Below, in pieces: positions 54,992 to 64,000 of a stretch of DNA of 64,000 nt. The position numbers and the translations under genes were made by a program. Source of the DNA: a virus (taxonomy: Duplodnaviria > Caudoviricetes); the IMG/VR virus record IMGVR_UViG_3300030708_002923, positions 1 through 64,000 of that record, one strand, 5' to 3'. The stretch's first letter is position 1, and each line of letters begins with the position of its first letter. Below the pieces are notes generated by a model. It saw nothing but the letters and a program-made list of their open reading frames with translations. It ran no database searches and had not been told where the DNA came from.

Positions 54992-56043
54992 TACCTCTTC
55001 CTATATTGCACCAAAAGATGTCGATCTAAAATGGTACATTCTATACCTTTATCCAAATCGGTGTGGTCTCCTTTTGCCACCAAAAATTCATCAATATCTT
55101 CAAGCTTCAACCCTTGCGCTTCATATTCTGGCAGTGGGGAAGGGTGAACATCAGATGAAATAGTTTGAAAAGAAAACAATTCTCCACGTAATCCAGACTT
55201 ATCTCTTGCTCCGACACCACATCGGCTGGTTTTGAGTTCAACAGCAGTATACGCACGAACCTCTGCATCAACTTTATTTTTACCAGCAGTCAAGGGCACG
55301 GCACCGCAAAGGTAAACGGTGTTTTTCCAGTTACCATTGAACATTGGCCCAGACTCCGCAACCAAATTTCCATTGACTACGATTCGAAATTGAACGCAAT
55401 AAAAATCTACAGGGACATCTGAAAATTGCCCCAAGGGGAAATTCATTTCGATAAAGCCAGAGGCTGAAGCCCCGTCTGTGCCCCGTAAAGGTGTGTCGAA
55501 CCTACCCCCGTGAGAGTTGGGATTGTGCTGATGATCCCTATATTCGCCACTTACTCCCATCCATCCACCTGCGGGAAGTTTTAGATTAGCTAAACCTGTT
55601 CCGGCCTCTAAATGCTTATCGCCCACTGCATCTTCAGACAGCAAATAGGACATGTGTAAGTCTCTGGCCATTTCCACATCGGTAATCCCTGTGCCTCGCC
55701 AATGAAAACATGCATTAAAATCTATGATTGCCCAACCGTCTGTTTCAGCATCGATTTCTACGCCAGCAAGTTGATGATTGTCAGCATCGCGTTTTACATA
55801 TGCGCTTGTGGTGTGTGGGCATTGAAAATGTTCAAACGCGCCAGAAAACGGTGGTTGAGAAAAGCTAAATACCTCATGAAAAGCACCCTCCTTGAAGCTT
55901 TCTTTGTGAGGAATATCTTTCAAATTATCTGAGTCTATATTTCCATTGCATTCATTAAATATTTGACCAATGCTTTCGAGTGTATCATCTGGATTGATCA
56001 CTTCACCTGATCTAGCAACCTTATTCGGAAACTTAATGGCCAT
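54991..56043 (-). CDS. Tail-associated protein
   Basis: N-terminal SGEVINP..IFNECNGNIDSDNL motif. Confidence 0.5.
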   Translation of the reverse strand: MAIKFPNKVARSGEVINPDDTLESIGQIFNECNGNIDSDNLKDIPHKESFKEGAFHEVFSFSQPPFSGAFEHFQCPHTTSAYVKRDADNHQLAGVEIDAETDGWAIIDFNACFHWRGTGITDVEMARDLHMSYLLSEDAVGDKHLEAGTGLANLKLPAGGWMGVSGEYRDHQHNPNSHGGRFDTPLRGTDGASASGFIEMNFPLGQFSDVPVDFYCVQFRIVVNGNLVAESGPMFNGNWKNTVYLCGAVPLTAGKNKVDAEVRAYTAVELKTSRCGVGARDKSGLRGELFSFQTISSDVHPSPLPEYEAQGLKLEDIDEFLVAKGDHTDLDKGIECTILDRHLLVQYRKR

Positions 56044-56045
56044 AA

Positions 56046-58280
56046 TTATCTTTTTTCCGATACCAAAACATCTGTTAATGGTCTAATGTTTCTTTGATCG
56101 CCCACCTTGGCATCTACACTGTAACCAACAATCATCATTCTTTGGGTTTCGTCTGTAACGTCCGAGTCTTGAGTAAATTGAATAGCAAGTTCAGTAGTCA
56201 ATGATTCGTGCATATGACTTACATCATATCGTATGACAATAGGTCGATGAAATCCCCAACGATCCGAACCAAACGTAGCTTTATCATACACTGGTAACGG
56301 CTCGGTAAGCTGTTGCTGTGTTCTGCCTTTGTTTTTTTCTAATGATACAACTTCGGATCTATTTATTTTGAAGTTTACGTCTGTCTCATTGTCCCCATAC
56401 GCGACGGCGTACAAATTAATATATGCAACTTGAATGCCTGAGTACACGCTGCCGAATGAAAGGGGGCTAGTTTCGTAAAATGGTAGATCAACTGTACGAG
56501 TAAAGTCGAAATCTTTACGATCCGGCCCTTTAGGGCTTGAAGCCCCAAATCCATACTTACTTTTGAAAAAATTACTAAAGACATTGATACCAGGCTTTTC
56601 TGGATCATTGCTACCGAAGTACAAGTACGATCGCGCATCCGTCGTTTCAACAGCACACTGCATTGGATAATTTTCTCGAAAACTCCACGCACCAACCTCA
56701 TAATGCCAAACCAAAAGTAAATTATTCACATTTCCATTGGTCGGAACACACAAGAAATACTCTTTGTTGGCTCTGTTAATGACGCCTACCGCTGCACGAG
56801 CACCCACATAGTCTATTCTTTTCGTAAGATTTTTAATGGGTGTGCTCAATTCTACAATCGAGGTAGCACTACCCGTGTTCTCAAGGGCACCCTTGAGCAC
56901 ATAAACACCATCTTGTGATAAGAATACGAGGCCGGTTCCTGGTACGTCTTGGATTGATCTGGGTGCTACACAGCCGATGTCACGGTTCAGCGTCTGAGCG
57001 TAAAATCCGTTTCTTGGATCACCTTTAATTAGGTACACTCCGCGTGTTTTGAATACGACTAAAGCATTTGTCGAGGCGTACATGCCCGTGATTTGTCCAG
57101 AGTCAGAATCTCCAATATCAAACAGGTTGTCTCTGGGGAAAACTTCCGGCATTCCCTCTGCGCTGTATTTGATCAAGTTGTTGGGCATTCCCGACACGAA
57201 CACCGTGTTTTTAAATGAGGTGATAAACTTGGCCTGTGTCGGAAAAAATCCAAAGTCTTCTGGATCGGTCAATACGCCAAGATTCGAATCACTGATTCCA
57301 TCCTCAATTGCTGTAGAGTCGTTGTCTTGTACTTCTTTTAAAAAATGGAAATTACGACCTGACTCTGGAGTGATTGGATTACCGTCATCATCGAAAATAT
57401 CTCTCGTCCTGTAGAGTCGTCTCGCCACTACATTTTCACCCCCAATGGGGATATTGACTTGAGTAAACCTACGCTTACCGTTTGCACACTCAAAACTACA
57501 AATGTCGCTTGGATCAGACATCGGGCTTTCTTGGCCCCGGCTGTTAACGAACGTGACCCTGTATTGATAAGCACAAAGCTTTCCGTCTACATATTTTGAA
57601 CCGTCATCTGCTTTATCGCCTGAAGTTATTTTCTTTTTTACTTTCTGACCGGTCGGACGCAAACTACCCAACCCCTGACCTTTTTCACGGGTGCCTAAAA
57701 AATATTGTGTGTCATCGCCAAAATCTCCACCTTCATCAACAAATTGATTGTGGTAGGTCCTATAAACAACACTGGCATCAGGCTTTGCTGGCTTTTCGAA
57801 AAAGCCTGCCCTCGTCACGACTCTGCCGTCATAAACGATTGGAGCATCAATACCATTTACCAAATACAAACGACCACCAAAAGTAATGCTCTGAGTGCTT
57901 ACTTCAGATGTTGGTGGCACGTATCTTGGGTTTCCTTCGGGGCCTATCTCCACACCGTTTATGTCTTTTAAAACAACAATCGGACCAGCATCTGTATGAA
58001 TCCTGTTGGTTTTAAGTGTTGCTAACCGCCCTTTGGAGTCTTCGAATATAACGTCTCTGGTTTTCCCATTGTGTCTGGAAAAATAGTGAATCGAGTGGAT
58101 CGTGCCAGAACCAAACCAATCGTATCCATCGTAAGTGATGCAGTCATAGGCTCCAGCAGTTTTCCATCCATCGTAATTGTCCCAAGACATCTCTTTGATT
58201 ACAGCCGCAGAGTCAGCCGAAACTCTCCACCGATTGTCCATGCCTCGTAAGCGGGCAACTTCAAATGTTTGGGTTTTCAT
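56046..58280 (-). CDS. Tail tubular protein B / stabilisation protein-like
   Basis: 744 aa, beta-propeller-like content (YLVNG, IKYS..PEVF, ALVVFK..VY.I.G, IGCVAPRSI); synteny. Confidence 0.65.
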   Translation of the reverse strand: MKTQTFEVARLRGMDNRWRVSADSAAVIKEMSWDNYDGWKTAGAYDCITYDGYDWFGSGTIHSIHYFSRHNGKTRDVIFEDSKGRLATLKTNRIHTDAGPIVVLKDINGVEIGPEGNPRYVPPTSEVSTQSITFGGRLYLVNGIDAPIVYDGRVVTRAGFFEKPAKPDASVVYRTYHNQFVDEGGDFGDDTQYFLGTREKGQGLGSLRPTGQKVKKKITSGDKADDGSKYVDGKLCAYQYRVTFVNSRGQESPMSDPSDICSFECANGKRRFTQVNIPIGGENVVARRLYRTRDIFDDDGNPITPESGRNFHFLKEVQDNDSTAIEDGISDSNLGVLTDPEDFGFFPTQAKFITSFKNTVFVSGMPNNLIKYSAEGMPEVFPRDNLFDIGDSDSGQITGMYASTNALVVFKTRGVYLIKGDPRNGFYAQTLNRDIGCVAPRSIQDVPGTGLVFLSQDGVYVLKGALENTGSATSIVELSTPIKNLTKRIDYVGARAAVGVINRANKEYFLCVPTNGNVNNLLLVWHYEVGAWSFRENYPMQCAVETTDARSYLYFGSNDPEKPGINVFSNFFKSKYGFGASSPKGPDRKDFDFTRTVDLPFYETSPLSFGSVYSGIQVAYINLYAVAYGDNETDVNFKINRSEVVSLEKNKGRTQQQLTEPLPVYDKATFGSDRWGFHRPIVIRYDVSHMHESLTTELAIQFTQDSDVTDETQRMMIVGYSVDAKVGDQRNIRPLTDVLVSEKR

Positions 58281-58283
58281 AGT

Positions 58284-59819
58284 TTACTCGGCCTTGCTTG
58301 GTATTCCGAAACGCTCCCGATCCGCCATAGCGCGATCGAACCCTCTTCGTACATACATTCTATCGGTTCGACTCAAATATTTAGCCTTCATAGCTTCGAG
58401 CATTTCATCTGCACGACGTTCATACAACGAACTATGGTTGAGCATACCATGCTGCATACAAATGTCTCTGAGAGCCGCATATACAAGGTAGTGATGATAT
58501 TGCGGTGGCCACTCTGGTGCATCAGAATCTTTTACGAGCCTATAGGGTCGCTTGTGATATCTCACCTCAACCACGTAATCGCTTTTCGGGGTGTTCCAAA
58601 AACGAAGATACTGACGTGGTCCTGATTCGTTTAATCTATCGAGGCGGAAGGTGTCTCCAGCCGGGTCAATGAAAGAGTCGCCAGGGTCTCCACTGTCTAA
58701 AGGATCTTCTGCTGTCGTATCACCAATAATTTCTCTGCCCTTATCGACATATTCGGTCTCAAGTGAGGCAAGTGTTGCGACATGTCTCCAGGCTCCAGCA
58801 CCCATAACGTAATCAGCAGCAGACGGGTGAGACAAGTATTCATCGCTAAAGACAATTCTACGGTACAACTTTTTCATTCTACCGTTATTGTCGGTGCTGC
58901 CCAAAGCATGCGACACTGTTCGCATAATTCGACGAAGACTGACTGTAAGGCCTGAAGTGCCATCACCCTCGATTCTTATATCAGTAGGTGAAAAATTTTT
59001 GGATGGTACGGGTCCAATTTGGCTCGGATCTAAATCAACAGCAACAACCTCAGACGGTGGCCCCTCCATTCCGGCATAGATGAATGTATAGCAATACTCG
59101 ATTCGATATGGAGCAATAACCCTCGGAAGAAATCCTTCCTCTTTTATCACATTGAAAATTGTTGGAGGATAATCAGGCGACTGAATATTATCGTGCATTT
59201 CTTCAACAGAAACAAAAGGGTTCCCGGTATCGGATCGATCGAGATACAAGTTTTCTTCTTTTCTTGCATCCAAAAACATGAACCGGCCTTCATTTGGGGC
59301 GGTCATTGTTGTTGTGGTGGAGTCGCTTTGAAAACTCAAAGTTTCTTTTGTAGTGATGCCGCGATCCATGATGCCCAAAACCTCGATGCAATCACGGGGC
59401 ATTGGGTATTTTACAAATTCAATTTTCCAAGTAGTAAGTTCGCCCGATGGAAAAATATCGTCGACCAAAAATCTACGTGAATCAATAAACGCTGTGATTT
59501 GATATGTGGCACCATCGTCAGTATTTACGAGCGTCTTGCCCACTATATCTGGTGGCAAATTGATAACTCCAGCACCGGTAGTAGATGGCAATGTCACCAA
59601 GTGGGTACCATCACCCGTTAGCTTGCTGGTGCTGTCTCCGGTGATATCTGCGCGAAGCTGCAACAGTTTGCGATTTTGCATAAACAGCCACTGGTACTGG
59701 CTCGATATCTGAAGGTAGTGACGGTTGACTACACGAGCAATATTGTCGCTGTATTGCTTCAAATCAGGGTTGTAGTCCAACGCGGAATTGATTTCTTCGC
59801 GGATTTCTTTGAGATTCAC
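58284..59819 (-). CDS. Head-tail adaptor / tail tubular protein A-like
   Basis: GGAG RBS then GTG (VNLKEIREEIN); YPMPRDC..; YLRFW.TP..V.YHKRP..P..P..YHHYLVYAAL. Confidence 0.55.
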   Translation of the reverse strand: MNLKEIREEINSALDYNPDLKQYSDNIARVVNRHYLQISSQYQWLFMQNRKLLQLRADITGDSTSKLTGDGTHLVTLPSTTGAGVINLPPDIVGKTLVNTDDGATYQITAFIDSRRFLVDDIFPSGELTTWKIEFVKYPMPRDCIEVLGIMDRGITTKETLSFQSDSTTTTMTAPNEGRFMFLDARKEENLYLDRSDTGNPFVSVEEMHDNIQSPDYPPTIFNVIKEEGFLPRVIAPYRIEYCYTFIYAGMEGPPSEVVAVDLDPSQIGPVPSKNFSPTDIRIEGDGTSGLTVSLRRIMRTVSHALGSTDNNGRMKKLYRRIVFSDEYLSHPSAADYVMGAGAWRHVATLASLETEYVDKGREIIGDTTAEDPLDSGDPGDSFIDPAGDTFRLDRLNESGPRQYLRFWNTPKSDYVVEVRYHKRPYRLVKDSDAPEWPPQYHHYLVYAALRDICMQHGMLNHSSLYERRADEMLEAMKAKYLSRTDRMYVRRGFDRAMADRERFGIPSKAE

Positions 59820-59832
59820 GTCAGGCTCCAGT

Positions 59833-59873
59833 AAAAGAAAACGGCTGCTGAGATAGTATACCCCAGCAGCCGT
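59833..59873 (-). terminator. Intrinsic terminator after the decoration gene
   Basis: ACGGCTGCTG/CAGCAGCCGT stem plus UUUUCUUUU on the minus strand. Confidence 0.75.
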
Positions 59874-59904
59874 GAATGGACCGAGGTCCGGTAGCGAATA
59901 AGTC

Positions 59905-60342
59905 TTAGTAAAGACCCTGATCAATGATCATGACGGCGGCAACATTTGTGGTTGCTGAGTCATCAGACAAAGCGATTCCACACATCTGGAAAGTTGCAGC
60001 CACAGCAAGGTCTGCACGACCAGCAACGCTGATCGGTCCCGCAAGACCAAGTCCAACATCACAGTCGGCATGAACATTTGCTGTGTCAAACTTGCCAGCA
60101 GTTTGAACTCGCACAAGGGCTCCATCAGCAACGGTCTCAGTAGCGATTCCGAAAACACCACTGTTACCATTCGTGCCTACGGCAGCAGCCTTCTTACAGG
60201 CTGTTCCAAGAACACCCTTTGTTGTGCTGTTGCTTACTGCAACCCAATCGCCCGCAGTGATTGCTCCGTCAGCGAACAATTCTACGAACTTTTTAGGAAA
60301 ATGATTGTCGCCATCGACGCCATCACGCTTGAAAATTGCCAT
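59905..60342 (-). CDS. Capsid decoration/cement-like protein
   Basis: AITAGDWV..VFGIATE..G..V.VQTAG; directly after the capsid gene. Confidence 0.65.
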   Translation of the reverse strand: MAIFKRDGVDGDNHFPKKFVELFADGAITAGDWVAVSNSTTKGVLGTACKKAAAVGTNGNSGVFGIATETVADGALVRVQTAGKFDTANVHADCDVGLGLAGPISVAGRADLAVAATFQMCGIALSDDSATTNVAAVMIIDQGLY

Positions 60343-60373
60343 GTTGTCCTCCCTCTTTTGACTATATGGCTAT

Positions 60374-60406
60374 GAAATAGGATGGGGATCAACACGACCC
60401 CCACCC
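60374..60406 (-). terminator. Terminator-like hairpin after the major capsid gene
   Basis: GGGUGGGGGUC/GAUCCCCAUCC stem followed by UAUUUC. Confidence 0.5.
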
Positions 60407-60418
60407 AATCAGGATGAC

Positions 60419-61477
60419 TTAGAAGGTTTCCAAGTCGAATGCTACACCGCTGGAACCAAGGTGCTTGGCGATCAGTTGACCACGGCACCGAAGCTTGGCA
60501 GCACGAACATCGTACTCACCCGACACAGTCTCGAAGTCCGAGAGGTCGAAGTAACCTTGTGGGTCCCACAGGGTGTAGATGTCGTTCATGTTCAGCAAGT
60601 AGAAGCTGATAGGATCAGCAGTAGAACCAGGGGTTCCGCCAGCGTTAGGCATGTTGTACTCAACGTTGATTGGAATACCTTGGAAGGTTTCAACCATGCG
60701 GCCACCATCAATCTGTGCTTGATCAACGTACCGCTCGTGAGCCTGAAGAGCACGCTTCAGGTTCTTGAATCCAGCGCGAGAAGCAAGAATGACGTTGGGC
60801 TTGCCAGAAGGCGACACAGCATCGATTTCAACCAACAGGTCATAAAGACCCGCGAGGCCGTTAGCGTTGAAAGATCCAGCGCCATCGAAGCGTTGGTTCT
60901 GCCAACCAGTCTTACCGCTGTAGGTAGACTTGCTTACGTTACCAACAGTGTTGCCTTGAGAGCCAACAGCTTCAGGCTCAAGGAAACCTTGGTGGTCACC
61001 AGTGGTCACGTCGAACCCGTTAAGCGTGTTCCAATCTTCCCAACCAGTTTGGCCACCCTTGACGATTTGCTTGACGTACTCACGCTTGAGAGCGTTAGCG
61101 GTCATGAGCACGCGGCTTTCAAGAATCGAAAGGATTGCAGCATCGCCTGAGTTGACCATTTCTTCTTCAGAAGAGATAGCGACTGGACGCACAACGTGAC
61201 CAAAATCGTATTGTGCAGGTTGGAACACATCTTCGACACTAAGGTCAATGCGCTCAAAACCAGTTTGCATACGAGTAGTTGAAGAGTGCTCACCGAAGCC
61301 GAGAGGCACAACGATCCGAGATCCACCGGCTTGCACTGGCTTTCCAGCACCGTGAACACGTTCTTGTGCGTCAAGGAAGGCTACGGATTCGTGAACGTTG
61401 TCACGAAAGTCCTTCATCAGGATATGCATGGTTGTGGAAAGCAGTTCGTTTCCAATGGTAAGGTCGGTGGTTGCCAT
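60419..61477 (-). CDS. Major capsid protein (HK97 fold)
   Basis: 352 aa; GGSRIVVPL, VAISSEEE.VNSG.AAILS.LESR; lies between the scaffold-like and decoration-like genes. Confidence 0.8.
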   Translation of the reverse strand: MATTDLTIGNELLSTTMHILMKDFRDNVHESVAFLDAQERVHGAGKPVQAGGSRIVVPLGFGEHSSTTRMQTGFERIDLSVEDVFQPAQYDFGHVVRPVAISSEEEMVNSGDAAILSILESRVLMTANALKREYVKQIVKGGQTGWEDWNTLNGFDVTTGDHQGFLEPEAVGSQGNTVGNVSKSTYSGKTGWQNQRFDGAGSFNANGLAGLYDLLVEIDAVSPSGKPNVILASRAGFKNLKRALQAHERYVDQAQIDGGRMVETFQGIPINVEYNMPNAGGTPGSTADPISFYLLNMNDIYTLWDPQGYFDLSDFETVSGEYDVRAAKLRCRGQLIAKHLGSSGVAFDLETF

Positions 61478-61489
61478 TTTTGGCTCCTA

Positions 61490-62452
61490 TTAGCGGTTAT
61501 TTTGAAAGGCTTTTGCAGCTTCGGGGTTTGACTGGAGCCAAGCAGCAATCGAAGCTGCACCTTGCTTCTTGACATCAGGGGGAATTTCAGCGACACCAGG
61601 AGAACCGCTCACAGAACTACGCTGTACTTGTCGCGCCGCTTGGGCACGGGCTCTCCGTTGTGTTTCTTTTCTCTTACGCTCTTCAGCAATCATATTGCGA
61701 GCAACGACAAGATCGTATGCATCTTGAGTAGATAGAGGCGCATCAGTATTTTGACGACTTGCAACCAACTCAGCAACCTGAGTTTTGAAGGCATCATCTT
61801 TCATTTCAGGGTGTGCTTCGAGAAAGTCCAGGTAACGACTCTTCTGGCGCTGTTCTTCCGATACCTGCTGCATCGGAGAAAACACGTTTGAAACAGCCTC
61901 TGCAATTCCACGATTGATATGAGCCTGAATACCCTCTTCAGACATGATGTCCGGCAACTCACCTTCAGGTGTTTTCAACGCTTCTTTGATCCGTGGGTCA
62001 TCAATAACAGATGCAAACTCAGCTTGTCGACGAGCAAAATCACGCTCCAAGCTTTGGATTTGTTGTTCACGCTTTTGATATTGCTCGACTCTCTTTTGGT
62101 GAGATGCATCTAAATTTGTTTTGTGATTTTTGTATGCAACTCTGAAATTGTGAAGCATACGTCGAGCAACGGTCGGAAGGTCTTTTATGTCTTGTTCATT
62201 GATGTTTTCGTAAAAAGCATCAGTGCTCAATTCTTTGTCATCTATATCGGAAAACAAAGGATCAAAAGAACGCTCTGTAACTACGGGCGCTGGCTCACTT
62301 GAAAATGTTGCATCTTGATTAGAATTGAAATTCTCAGGAGCACTTACATTTTGCTCTGAATCTATCTCATCAAGCAGACCTGTAGAACCAGCCGGGACAT
62401 CATCATTTACCGGTAAATCATTCTCATTATTTTCAATCATTTCGTCTGACAC
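61490..62452 (-). CDS. Scaffolding protein
   Basis: Acidic disordered N-terminus, coiled coil, directly before the capsid gene. Confidence 0.65.
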   Translation of the reverse strand: MSDEMIENNENDLPVNDDVPAGSTGLLDEIDSEQNVSAPENFNSNQDATFSSEPAPVVTERSFDPLFSDIDDKELSTDAFYENINEQDIKDLPTVARRMLHNFRVAYKNHKTNLDASHQKRVEQYQKREQQIQSLERDFARRQAEFASVIDDPRIKEALKTPEGELPDIMSEEGIQAHINRGIAEAVSNVFSPMQQVSEEQRQKSRYLDFLEAHPEMKDDAFKTQVAELVASRQNTDAPLSTQDAYDLVVARNMIAEERKRKETQRRARAQAARQVQRSSVSGSPGVAEIPPDVKKQGAASIAAWLQSNPEAAKAFQNNR

Positions 62453-62516
62453 AAAAATCTCCTTTCGGTTTAAAATCTAACATTTTTTAAAATACTTTCG
62501 CAACAATGCAACTTTA

Positions 62517-63113
62517 TTACTGCATTGCTGCCGCAAGTGTTTCGTCTTGAGCGCCCATATCGTCGGGTGGAGGCGCCATATCGCCGCCTTCATCTGCTGC
62601 TGCCATTTCAGCTTCAGGTCCACCCTCCTGAAGTTCTTTTACAGCTTCGATGAATTTTTTGTCTTTTGCCATCATTTTCAACAAAGCGGTAACCTTACGA
62701 AGATCGGTATCCGTCACAATAGTAAAAGGATCGAATCCAAGTTTCGACTCAAATTCTCCACCACCAACCATTTTGATCAATTCAGAAATAGCGACCAGTG
62801 GAAGGAACAAATCACCAGGAATCGGTTGATCCATTTTGCCTTTTTCAGCGCCTTCAAAATCGATTTCAATCTTTGGCATATCTACCGCTGAAATCTTGGA
62901 AAGCGTTTGATTGAACGTATCCAAAAGAGTCTTGAGCGCCTTCACTGTAAACGGCTTTGTGGGTGCCGGTGCAGATTGAGCCAACTGCTGCAGTTGTGCC
63001 TCTGAATCGTCCATAGCTTCCTGTGGAGCGGCTTCAGCGGCAGGTGGAGCAGCCTCTGGTGGCATGGCTGCTTGATCTTCAGCCATTGGTTGACCTTTTT
63101 CGTATCCGTACAT
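62517..63113 (-). CDS. Hypothetical head-region protein
   Basis: 198 aa, acidic Ala/Pro-rich ends. Confidence 0.65.
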   Translation of the reverse strand: MYGYEKGQPMAEDQAAMPPEAAPPAAEAAPQEAMDDSEAQLQQLAQSAPAPTKPFTVKALKTLLDTFNQTLSKISAVDMPKIEIDFEGAEKGKMDQPIPGDLFLPLVAISELIKMVGGGEFESKLGFDPFTIVTDTDLRKVTALLKMMAKDKKFIEAVKELQEGGPEAEMAAADEGGDMAPPPDDMGAQDETLAAAMQ

Positions 63114-63122
63114 GACAAACTC

Positions 63123-63719
63123 CTAAATGATGCCTTTGTCTCTTTCGATTCTAAATTGTTTAAATGCTGGATGGTTCTCTAACCGATCACAATAGTCATC
63201 GTACTCTTTTACTTCTTTTTCCATCCTTGTGTCCCATTTACTATATTCTTTTTCTACGTCCCAGTCACCATCTACAGGCGTCAACCCGCGCTGCTTACAT
63301 ATATCTCGACGATGTTGCTTACTTGTCAACATTACACCAAGACCGCGATCATAGTATGGAAATTGTTCACTAAATCTATCTATTCTCGCCATTGGAACCC
63401 ATTTTGAGTTTTTCGATTTACACTTTGGACACTCGCGCGAATCTTCAAAATGTTCTCCAGCGCTAAAGTCTGTCAAATCATCGAACTGATGATCACAGTC
63501 TTTACACATGTATAAATGCATGACGAGGCCGGTCATCTTCCTAGATTTAGCAGGTGCCTGGTTGTGGGGGTCATTTGATTGAGCAACCGATACTCTAAAA
63601 ACACGCTTAGAATCTTGCCCGCAAGCAGAGCAGCCTATGACGTCTGGACGATCGGAGAATCTACATGTGTGGTCTTGTTCATGGCCACACTCATCACACT
63701 TATAACTATAGACTGGCAC
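63123..63719 (-). CDS. Double zinc-ribbon (FmdB-like) protein
   Basis: GGAGG RBS, GTG start; YKCDECGH..CSACG and YMCKDCDH..CPKC. Confidence 0.7.
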   Translation of the reverse strand: MPVYSYKCDECGHEQDHTCRFSDRPDVIGCSACGQDSKRVFRVSVAQSNDPHNQAPAKSRKMTGLVMHLYMCKDCDHQFDDLTDFSAGEHFEDSRECPKCKSKNSKWVPMARIDRFSEQFPYYDRGLGVMLTSKQHRRDICKQRGLTPVDGDWDVEKEYSKWDTRMEKEVKEYDDYCDRLENHPAFKQFRIERDKGII

Positions 63720-64000
63720 TCGCAGCCTCCAACACTTGAGCAATCGCAGGACCCTGCTCTTCAGGAGGAAGGGCGGCGATTTGTTGCAATATTTCCATTA
63801 CTTCAGGGTTATCTCCAAATATTTCAGCCATAGCCGCCAAAGCTTGGTCAGGTGGCATCTGAGAAATCTGTGCGATCATTTCTTGTGGATCAGTTGCCTG
63901 TTCAGCCCCCTCTACAGGCGCTTCAGCCGGTGCTCCAGGGGGCGCCTCAATGGGCTCTTGAGGTGGTGTAGCTTTAGATTCTTTAGTTTTATCCTGACTT
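63706..64000 (-). CDS. C-terminal end of an upstream gene, probably portal (partial)
   Basis: Open frame from the window edge to TAG at 63706; Pro/Glu/Gln-rich tail; identity inferred from synteny only. Confidence 0.45.
   Translation of the reverse strand, partial: SQDKTKESKATPPQEPIEAPPGAPAEAPVEGAEQATDPQEMIAQISQMPPDQALAAMAEIFGDNPEVMEILQQIAALPPEEQGPAIAQVLEAASASL

Noticed and set aside
1-64000. Retron, DGR, integrase or anti-phage defence operon
   Set aside because: No reverse transcriptase (YxDD context), tyrosine/serine recombinase or recognisable defence gene was found in the translations

Overview
The window is a large part of a tailed dsDNA phage genome with a podovirus-like virion module. 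It uses host sigma70-type promoters, and no DNA or RNA polymerase, integrase, tRNA or CRISPR array is visible. It has four blocks. (1) 1-8444, minus strand: a giant (>1690 aa) polyvalent protein with three ADP-ribosyltransferase-like domains that the ORF track missed because it runs off the left edge, two small beta-rich paralogues, a RusA resolvase and unknown genes. (2) About 7840-10200: a divergent control region with promoters, tandem IHF-like sites, a roughly 960-nt heavily base-paired candidate non-coding RNA, a palindrome pair and a cluster of CCCTAACCT/AGGTTAGGG repeats. (3) 10222-31604, plus strand: about 35 small early genes joined by standardised intergenic modules (a cUUCGg hairpin plus CTGGAGCAA, then GGAGGTGAGTGATG), including ArdC, a GP88-like protein and a pyrimidine-dimer glycosylase-like protein. 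These are followed by primase, VapE-type ATPase, SF2 helicase, YqaJ/RecT, HNH and a DUF2589 pair. (4) 31816-64000, minus strand: probable portal end, scaffold, major capsid, decoration, tail tube/adaptor, giant ejection-type proteins (zincin HExxH, M23 peptidase), tail fibre, holin and a YkuD-like lysin candidate. The most novel candidates are the large structured RNA and the adjacent repeat-jointed early gene cassette array. All family assignments come from motif recognition by eye; no searches were run.
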